Source: a virus (Duplodnaviria; Heunggongvirae; Uroviricota; Caudoviricetes). Taken from it: a stretch of 44,198 nt of DNA. Under the pieces are notes generated by a model, which searched no databases, was not told the DNA's origin, and was given only the letters and a program-made list of their open reading frames with translations. Below are positions 37,077-44,198 of this stretch, one piece after another. The stretch lies in the IMG/VR virus record IMGVR_UViG_3300005527_000046, positions 64,001-108,198 of that record, one strand, 5' to 3'. Position numbers and translations under genes: made by a program. Positions within the stretch are counted from its first letter, which is position 1. Each line of letters starts with the position of its first letter.

Positions 37077-37119
37077 TAATAAAAAAGAGGCATTTAACCA
37101 GCCTCTTTTTTATTATTAA
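37073..37119. terminator. Bidirectional terminator, 19-bp perfect stem
   Basis: TTAATAATAAAAAAGAGGC (37073-37091) and GCCTCTTTTTTATTATTAA (37101-37119), between convergent genes. Confidence 0.85.
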
Positions 37120-37131
37120 AACTATATTTAA

Positions 37132-37656
37132 TTAGTACTTATACCATTTATCTAATCCTTTTATAAAGATTAACTTTGCAATCCTATTAGTAGGTGATAG
37201 TGTAAAATCTTCAGCAACTTGAGAGCCTGTCAAAGCAAGTTCAGATTGAAATGTAATATCAAAGTTACCAATATTAACTAGTGTTAGTTCTTGTGCATTG
37301 TTAGTAGCTGCTCTTATATTTGGAGTCGATATAAGAGTTATATCAGCCACACATGTAAGAGTTAAACAAGAGTAGTTTGGATCAATTGAAAGTCCCTCAA
37401 CTACATTTACTACTGGACTAGGATTTAGTCTGGCTACAGTAGTAGTTGGGATAGAGTTTGCTGCTCCAAATTCTTTCCATCTAATAGGTGATAATGATAT
37501 AAGGGTATACTCTTTTTCATTGTCTAATTGTAAAGCTTTTTTATATAAGTCGGCTGTAACTGGAATATAAGATAATCTTTCAGTTGCATTGGCAAATATC
37601 CATCTATAAGGAGTGTGATTATCTGCTGGTAATATATCTGTATGAGCTGATGCCAT
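37132..37656 (-). CDS. Probable minor structural protein
   Basis: 174 aa coupled to the portal. N-terminal ANATERL...DLYKKALQLD...Y.L...P..W motif is of a type seen in phage fibre/decoration proteins. Confidence 0.45.
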   Translation of the reverse strand: MASAHTDILPADNHTPYRWIFANATERLSYIPVTADLYKKALQLDNEKEYTLISLSPIRWKEFGAANSIPTTTVARLNPSPVVNVVEGLSIDPNYSCLTLTCVADITLISTPNIRAATNNAQELTLVNIGNFDITFQSELALTGSQVAEDFTLSPTNRIAKLIFIKGLDKWYKY

Positions 37657-39084
37657 TTATTCTTCCTCGTCTGGTATTGCTAATAGGTTTCTAAAATGTC
37701 TTCTATCTTTTTCATTGATAATAGGATTTATAATACCAGCCTCTGTTAATGTTTTAGCACTGTCTGCTATTACTTTGTAATCTACATATCTCATAGGCTT
37801 GATTGTAAAATAACCTCCATCTTGTGCACTAGGCACTAACATTGTACTAAAGTTGTACTGAATAAGAGGTTTTACTAATTGTTCAATTATTGCTTGAGAT
37901 ACCTTAATAGCTATTTGAGTTATAGCCATATCAAATATTTCTAACTGCCTTTCTGCAGATCCACCAGAGCCTAAACCTCTTCCTTCATCTCTAATAATTA
38001 AGTTAGGAATACCTAAAGCATTTAACATGTTTTGGTCACATAAATTAATAGCATTTACAAAAGAATCACCAAAGTTATTTCCAGTTGTAAGTGCCGCTAC
38101 TTTAGGTTCTGGTGCGTCTTTATTTCCTTGTCTTTCAAGTATAAGAACAGAACCACTACTTAATCCTTGAACTTCTTCTTGTAGAGCTTCTCTAAACATT
38201 TTCTTTCTAATTGTTCCATCTTGTTCTTCAACATCTTCTGTTGTTTGAGTTGCTGGAACAATAAAATACATTAGAGGTGTTCCATATCTATCAAGAGCAA
38301 TGGAATACATATCTCTAAAGGCTTCTTTGTATAATGAAAAGTCTACTGCTGCATAAATAGCTGGTGTACCATGTGGATTGTTACCTTCACTTTTATATGT
38401 AACCATAATTAGCTTGTCTTGAGCTAATCTTATGTGTGATCCAGTACAATCTCTACTTACTTTATATGCTTTACTATCTTCTGTTAATATAGGTCTAGGA
38501 ACCCAAACACCTGTATTAAACTGACTATTTAGTACCTTTTCACCATGAGTTAAAGAGCCAAAATTATTGAGTCTAAGTATTATCTGAGACGTATGATAAT
38601 TAATAAGATCTTGTATCCATAGCTGTCTTACCTCTCCTTGATATCTCTTTTCCCATACAATTTCAGATACTGATTTACCAGACCATAACATTGAATATGT
38701 AATGTTCTCAATCCAAGTTCTGACTCTATTGTTTAGGTTTGCCCTAACAAATGCTTTTATGTCTGGGTTTGGATGATTGTAAGAACCTATCTTTGCCAAC
38801 ACAGAAAGAACCATCTTATCTAAACCATCAGATATAATAGGCTCTCTTTTTCTTACATAATCCCATACTGCTAGTTGATAAGGATGTGGTCCTGTGTTGA
38901 CATATAAAGAATCACCATTACTAACAAAAGATGTGGCTCTTCCTAATTGTTTATAAGTATTAGGTCTTAGTTTGTTATCTCCTAATACTAGTAATGGAGG
39001 ATTAGTATTAAACTTGTTTATATTAATCTCTCCATTACTAACTTGTTGTTCCTTTTTAGGTGTCTCTGTTTTTGCTTTTATCAT
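37657..39084 (-). CDS. Portal protein (DUF935/Mu gp29-like)
   Basis: SMLWSGKSVSEIVW, EGNNPHGTPAI, LDRYGTPLM, GSGGSAERQ, QLVKPLIQYNF; 475 aa. Confidence 0.88.
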   Translation of the reverse strand: MIKAKTETPKKEQQVSNGEININKFNTNPPLLVLGDNKLRPNTYKQLGRATSFVSNGDSLYVNTGPHPYQLAVWDYVRKREPIISDGLDKMVLSVLAKIGSYNHPNPDIKAFVRANLNNRVRTWIENITYSMLWSGKSVSEIVWEKRYQGEVRQLWIQDLINYHTSQIILRLNNFGSLTHGEKVLNSQFNTGVWVPRPILTEDSKAYKVSRDCTGSHIRLAQDKLIMVTYKSEGNNPHGTPAIYAAVDFSLYKEAFRDMYSIALDRYGTPLMYFIVPATQTTEDVEEQDGTIRKKMFREALQEEVQGLSSGSVLILERQGNKDAPEPKVAALTTGNNFGDSFVNAINLCDQNMLNALGIPNLIIRDEGRGLGSGGSAERQLEIFDMAITQIAIKVSQAIIEQLVKPLIQYNFSTMLVPSAQDGGYFTIKPMRYVDYKVIADSAKTLTEAGIINPIINEKDRRHFRNLLAIPDEEE

Positions 39085-39085
39085 T

Positions 39086-39564
39086 TTATGTCATTTTTAA
39101 ACTAGGCATGGATATATCACTGAAGCTAGATCTATGAGGTTTAGAAGCTTCAAATTGTTTCTTTAAATCTTCCTTCTCCTGTTGATTTGCTTTATGTCTT
39201 TCAATATTTATTTCATTAACTGATATTTCAAAAGCTCTTCTCTCTACCTCATCAAGATCTAGCCAATCGTGTCCATATGCTATATTAACAGTTTGACATA
39301 TTTGTATGTAATTATCTAAGTTAAAAGCCTTTCTAAAGTTTTCAGCTAGCTTTTCAAAGAAGTTTTCTCTGAGATATACAAACTCTTCTGATAATTGTAT
39401 GTCTCTATAATACTTCTCAGGATAGTTTAAATCCTGAGAAGTCATGTTCTGTTTTAATACAGTTTTTGTTTTAAAGACATAAGCTAGTTGTTGGTTAAAG
39501 CTTATTAGGCGGTGATCGTTGTAGCAGGGGTGATAGTAGTAGGTTGTTCCACTGAGGTTTGTGA
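39086..39564 (-). CDS. Frameshift (T) extension of the tail assembly chaperone; the predicted GT fusion is about 276 aa
   Basis: The -1 frame is open from the slippery site (VTNLSGTTYYYHPCYNDHRLISFNQQLAYVFKTKTVLKQN) into the 119-aa ORF 39086-39445. Confidence 0.75.
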
Positions 39565-39915
39565 CTTTCCCTCCATCAAAGCTTTAGCATTGGCTTGTGC
39601 TCTTTGCTTTGTTACATCATCTGTAAAGGCAATAGCTACAAATACTTCTAGATAGAAAGAAAGATCTCTCATGGCCCAATCTGAAATTTGATCAATTACA
39701 TCATATTCATAATCTGCCATCATTGGTTTGCCATTTACACTTACTAACATCATAGCTGCTAATAGTTCTTCTAGCATAAAGCCAGCTTCATTTTGTTGCT
39801 GTCTGAATCTTTTCATTGCTACTTGTCTATCTCTAAATGTAGGAATGGCAAAAACAATCTTTTTACCAGATGGTAGAGTAATAGGAAATGAGGTAGCCGT
39901 ATCTTTTTGTGACAT
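39505..39915 (-). CDS. Tail assembly chaperone (G-like)
   Basis: ITLPSGKKIVFAIPTFRD...LLAAMMLVSVNG..., with an in-frame G GGA AAG near the 3' end. Confidence 0.75.
   Translation of the reverse strand: MSQKDTATSFPITLPSGKKIVFAIPTFRDRQVAMKRFRQQQNEAGFMLEELLAAMMLVSVNGKPMMADYEYDVIDQISDWAMRDLSFYLEVFVAIAFTDDVTKQRAQANAKALMEGKSQTSVEQPTTITPATTITA
39565..39571 (-). other. Programmed -1 ribosomal frameshift heptamer GGGAAAG
   Basis: Reads GAG GGA AAG in frame 0 (X XXY YYZ phase). Identical to the lambda gpG/gpGT slippery sequence. The -1 frame stays open for 159 codons to 39086. Confidence 0.85.
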
Positions 39916-40057
39916 ATGTGTTTGTTGTTTTATTGTTTGGTCTGGGAATTTTTAGTCTAATATAATTAACTGCTTACTTAGTTATTTTATTAACTGTAAT
40001 TATATTACTATATACATTACTATTAATCAAATATATATTATAAAGTGGGCACAATTA

Positions 40058-43000
40058 ATGTCTAGTTATTTTTCAAACACAGAATATCACTTAGAATCAA
40101 GAAGAGAAGTTGTTAGTGGATTACATAATAATTTACAACAAGGTAGTAGAAGTGCTTTAGGTACCTCTGTTAGCTTTAGTTTGTATAATTCAGAAGGCTT
40201 CACTCAAGAACTTAATTATTCTGGTTCTAGTTGGGATGCTGCATTAAATATGTCTAATAACATATCTAATGGTATTTTTGCTGTAGATACTAGTTCAGGT
40301 AAAAGTAGTGCTTTTGATAATAGATTAGTTTTAGGCCTCTCTCAAACTGTAAGCAGTAGAACTTTTAGTGAGTTTGATAGTAATATTGCAAATAGTCTTA
40401 AAGATAGTAGAAATAGCCTTAAGTTTCTAATGGGTGAGGCTTATAGAATAGATCCTAGTGAAACAAAGGCTTATGCTAGTCAATTAGTATTTGAAAACTT
40501 ATTTGGTAGTATTCTGTCTCAAAGAGGTATGTATGTTGGTAGTAATAATGCTAGTAAGGTTGATAATTACTATTTGAATCAATCTATTGACTATGCTAGA
40601 GCATTTGATAAATTAAGAATGACAGATAAACAATCTATTGAGTCTAGAGGACAAGAGACATTAGATAGATTGGTTTATAGTGATTTGTTTGGTACGGGTT
40701 TAGTGCCTATTGCTTCTGGAACTGATCCTACAGAACAAGATAGAAGCTTCTATGATAATGTTTTTAATAATATTAATAGAAGAACTGGATCTACTATTAG
40801 TGATTTAGCTTTTATTAGAAGTAAGTCAATGACTAATGAGTTAGTTGGAGGTAATGTTAGCAGAACTACTAGATCTGTTAGAGGTGTTGATGTTGCTATT
40901 AATAATAGTTATCAGCAAAAGGCAGAAGGAATTATTCATGATATTAAGTATCAAACTAGACCAGGTATTTTACCTTTTGTAGCTATGTTTGAAGCAGCTA
41001 ATAGTAGTATTACTATTGATACCTTCCAATATCAAAATAAAGCTATTAGTGATGTTGTTGTTAGTAAAATATATAGAGAAATTATTACTAATAAGAATTA
41101 TGGCTTTAAAGTTAATATGACTGTTGGTACTCCTCTTCCTAGTGATGATGGTACTGGGGCAGCTATCTTTGGTCCTAATATCTTAGAAGTAGTTAAGATG
41201 CAAAAACTACAAGAAGTTATTACTAAACAACTAAAAGCAGAAGGTATTGAACAGAATATTATTGACCAAGTTAACAGTAATTTTACAATTCAATTAGCTG
41301 GTCCTGCCCATCACAGAAAGGTTTATATCACAGATCAAGCTGCTGTGTTAGGTAGTATTAACTTAACTAGTCCTGTAGGAGATTCTGTCTTTAAAGCTGG
41401 TTCTAACTTTGAAATGCTAGGCATGTTTCACTCTGATAAGACTTTGGTTAATGTTAGAAATAATAAGGCTGTTCCTTATAGCCCTGAATATATTGAGCAG
41501 ACTAAGATAGAACAACAAGATGTTTATTCAACTGTTAGTAAGAAAACTAGATCTGCTTTACTATATGAACAAGTTGTGGCTGCTCAAAAAGAACAAGCTG
41601 TAACTAGAAGTAGTCAGTCTAATATTAAATATGCAACAGATGTTATGTATGCTTTAAAAGCTACAGTTGACTATTTGCATAAAGAAACTGGAAGAGAATC
41701 AAAGGCTAAAGATAATAATTTGGAAAACTTGCAAGGCAAACTTACAAGTGATTTAAGCATGACTATGGTCTTAGACCAAGCTTATTTATTACATGTTAAT
41801 CATCTAGATATGAATGGTCAAGGTAGAGGATATAGAGATGACACTAATGCAATAAATAAGAATAATCAAGAAATGGGGGAAATGGGCAGATTTAATGAGT
41901 CTGATTATAATTCTCCTTCTTTTAAATCAAGACAAGATATTAGATATGACATGTATAAGAGTATACAAAGAAAGAACTTTACTCTTGTTGCTATGGGTAT
42001 TACTAATATTGTTGTTGATCCTAAAAACTACAGAAGTCAAGTAATTGAGCCTACTTGGGACTTTATTAATTTAAGGCTTAAGAATGCTTTTGTTAGTGAT
42101 TATGGTGGATCTATTAGAGGTTTTGTAGAGGGTGTTACTAGAGGTGATTCTAGTTTTGGTGCAAAGGTTGCTGCTATTAATACTGCTTTAAATATAAATG
42201 ATACAAGTAGTAATACTGCTTATCAAATATTAGCTATTGCTAGTGGTAATATGTCTGGTGCTAATGTTCCTAGACAACATGCTAAAGCTTTTGAAGCTAA
42301 GAGAAATTTAGGCGGAGGTAGATATCAAGGTATATCTAGTTACATGGGTTCTGCTAACTTATCTATGTCTAATATGGGTGTTGGCATTAATAGTAGATAT
42401 CTAGAAGTAGGAGGTAATGATCCATTTGTAACGGATGAAATGGGTGTTGTACTTATCAATAGAAATGTCTTTGAAAAGGAAAGAGACTTTACATTAGATG
42501 ATGATTATACTAGAAACATACAGCAGCTAAGTATTGGTTTTAATAATGAGTTTGCTCTAAATTATGAGGAAGAACTAGCAGAAATGAAGGATGCTAGTAA
42601 GGCTGTTGTTATGGCTTACAACCAATTGAACTATGGTAATAGAATTGAAAGTGGAATACTACAATCTATTGAAGGTTTGCCATATTGGGCTAAACAAGCT
42701 AACACTGGAGACTTATTAAAATTAGAAGCTAGCCTTAAAAATATGAGTAAAGGCTTAGGAGAGGCTATGTCTGTTAATAGAAAATATGACAGATTTGGTA
42801 CTCCTAATATGCTTGAAATAAGTATTAATCCTAGTGGTTTAGTTGGTCTTAATACAGCTTCTAGTAGGCTTACATATACTGTTACTATGTTACAAGGAGA
42901 TGGTAATCAACCTGGTCCTGTATTCTTCCAAAAAGAAGGTAAGTTGATCTATAACAGTAACTTTACTAATACTAGTGGTAAGGATATTGTTTGGAATTAT

Positions 43001-44198
43001 AGTAATAATAAAGGTGGTAGATTAGCTGATGGACAGTCTGCAGAGATGTCTAGTATTGATAATACTACTAGTATCTTTGCAACCATGATTGCTGAGATGG
43101 CCTATAAACAAACTATTAGTAATCCTAGAGCTAAGTTGGTTGGTATAGATGAAGCAGGTAGTACTAGTTTAATGCTGGATTATACTGCTTCTGTTTTAGG
43201 TATTAATAGATATTTATTAGAGGATAGTACTACTGGCAGATATGCAGATGGTAATACTTTCTCTGACTATTTGTTTGCTAGCGGAAAACATATTAACTTA
43301 TCTTTTGAGTTAAGTAGTAGACTAGCAACTAAAGGAGTTGGCTATTTAGATAGTACTAGATCATTTGCAAGAATAGATGTTAATAGTAGTGATAGATCAG
43401 GTTTAAGAGAACATATACAAGGCTTGAGAGATGCTACTAGTGGCAGTGAAGTATATTCTAGAATAGATGCTATTAGTAAGCTAATGGGTCAACAAGGCTT
43501 TGAAGACTTAGCATTAGATGTACTTAGAGTTAATAGTAGATATAATGCTGAAGGTGATATTAATGCTCAAATGAGAGAGTTATCAAGTACTATATTTGAT
43601 CCTTATTTACAAGCCCATCAAGCGGTCACTTATGGTGCTGGTGTTGCTGCTAGTAAACTTATTAGTTATGGTATAGATGCTACTGATGCTCAAGCTTTAT
43701 TTATGTTAGATATGGGAGAGTCTGTTAAAGGCGGTCTATTAGATACACTAAATTATGCTAGAACATTTGCAAGAGATGTAAGTGTTTATAGTACCTTTGG
43801 ATTTGATGGGGCAGATGAAAGATTCTATATTGGTGGTGTTGCTGAAGGTGTTTCTACTCAGAATAAGAAGGGATATCAACTAAATGCCTTTGGTGTTAGA
43901 AATAAGTTTCCAATTGATAGAAATAGCTTAGATATATTAGAAGGAACTGGTATTGGTAATCTTGTTAGCAAAGAAAGACTATTAAAAAGATTTACTTCTG
44001 ATGAGGCAGATCAGATACTTAGTAACTTAAATATTAAAGGGAAAGGAATACTCTTTAACTTAGATCCTAATAAGCCAACACAAATTAACCAAAGAATTAA
44101 AAATGCTTTGGGTAGTAGATTAATGTATGAAATTAACTCTGAAGCGGCTGCTATATTAAAAGGTGGTGGAACTTTAAAGGCCTTTAAGTCTACTAAAA
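40058..44198 (+). CDS. Giant protein (>=1380 aa, runs off the right edge) with two PLD-superfamily HxK motifs; candidate tape-measure/ejection protein
   Basis: Hand-translated with no stop from ATG 40058 to the window end. H419-R-K-V-Y-I-T-D-QAAVL-GSINLT...SNFE (H codon at 41312) and H741-A-K-AFEAK...YMGSANLS...TDEMG (H codon at 42278). Absent from the ORF track because it has no stop in the window. Confidence 0.8.
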   Translation, partial: MSSYFSNTEYHLESRREVVSGLHNNLQQGSRSALGTSVSFSLYNSEGFTQELNYSGSSWDAALNMSNNISNGIFAVDTSSGKSSAFDNRLVLGLSQTVSSRTFSEFDSNIANSLKDSRNSLKFLMGEAYRIDPSETKAYASQLVFENLFGSILSQRGMYVGSNNASKVDNYYLNQSIDYARAFDKLRMTDKQSIESRGQETLDRLVYSDLFGTGLVPIASGTDPTEQDRSFYDNVFNNINRRTGSTISDLAFIRSKSMTNELVGGNVSRTTRSVRGVDVAINNSYQQKAEGIIHDIKYQTRPGILPFVAMFEAANSSITIDTFQYQNKAISDVVVSKIYREIITNKNYGFKVNMTVGTPLPSDDGTGAAIFGPNILEVVKMQKLQEVITKQLKAEGIEQNIIDQVNSNFTIQLAGPAHHRKVYITDQAAVLGSINLTSPVGDSVFKAGSNFEMLGMFHSDKTLVNVRNNKAVPYSPEYIEQTKIEQQDVYSTVSKKTRSALLYEQVVAAQKEQAVTRSSQSNIKYATDVMYALKATVDYLHKETGRESKAKDNNLENLQGKLTSDLSMTMVLDQAYLLHVNHLDMNGQGRGYRDDTNAINKNNQEMGEMGRFNESDYNSPSFKSRQDIRYDMYKSIQRKNFTLVAMGITNIVVDPKNYRSQVIEPTWDFINLRLKNAFVSDYGGSIRGFVEGVTRGDSSFGAKVAAINTALNINDTSSNTAYQILAIASGNMSGANVPRQHAKAFEAKRNLGGGRYQGISSYMGSANLSMSNMGVGINSRYLEVGGNDPFVTDEMGVVLINRNVFEKERDFTLDDDYTRNIQQLSIGFNNEFALNYEEELAEMKDASKAVVMAYNQLNYGNRIESGILQSIEGLPYWAKQANTGDLLKLEASLKNMSKGLGEAMSVNRKYDRFGTPNMLEISINPSGLVGLNTASSRLTYTVTMLQGDGNQPGPVFFQKEGKLIYNSNFTNTSGKDIVWNYSNNKGGRLADGQSAEMSSIDNTTSIFATMIAEMAYKQTISNPRAKLVGIDEAGSTSLMLDYTASVLGINRYLLEDSTTGRYADGNTFSDYLFASGKHINLSFELSSRLATKGVGYLDSTRSFARIDVNSSDRSGLREHIQGLRDATSGSEVYSRIDAISKLMGQQGFEDLALDVLRVNSRYNAEGDINAQMRELSSTIFDPYLQAHQAVTYGAGVAASKLISYGIDATDAQALFMLDMGESVKGGLLDTLNYARTFARDVSVYSTFGFDGADERFYIGGVAEGVSTQNKKGYQLNAFGVRNKFPIDRNSLDILEGTGIGNLVSKERLLKRFTSDEADQILSNLNIKGKGILFNLDPNKPTQINQRIKNALGSRLMYEINSEAAAILKGGGTLKAFKSTK

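Noticed and set aside
1-44198. Stop-codon reassignment, as in some large AT-rich phages
   Set aside because: Standard-code ORFs tile the window densely with normal lengths. The only broken gene is explained by frameshifts, not in-frame stops.

Overview
Very AT-rich virion morphogenesis region of a large contractile-tailed (myovirus-type) phage. The minus strand carries, read right to left, tail-assembly chaperones, a Mu gp29/DUF935-like portal, a Mu gpI-like protease/scaffold, the major capsid protein, a probable second head protein, neck proteins, sheath, tube, hub, OB-fold spike protein, amidase, lysozyme-M23, baseplate gp25/J/wedge proteins and a repeat-containing fibre. A flavin N-hydroxylating-monooxygenase-like gene is embedded among the baseplate genes. 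Two plus-strand islands interrupt the head operon: small paralogues in one, and Dps, a paralogue pair and a SWIM protein in the other. Each island ends in a long bidirectional hairpin. Features missing from the ORF track: (i) a >=1380-codon plus-strand ORF from 40058 to the window end with two phospholipase-D-family HxK motifs; (ii) a lambda-type GGGAAAG -1 frameshift joining the two chaperone ORFs, which diverge from that giant ORF; (iii) a GIY-YIG endonuclease broken by two -1 shifts at A-runs; (iv) a partial ORF at 1-648; (v) a recurring intergenic GCCTAC-W2-3-TATA motif. Gene order and protein sizes recall the Microcystis phage Ma-LMM01 structural module (from memory, unverified). No tRNA, rRNA, CRISPR array, integrase or terminase was seen. 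All product calls come from motifs read by eye plus synteny, not database searches.
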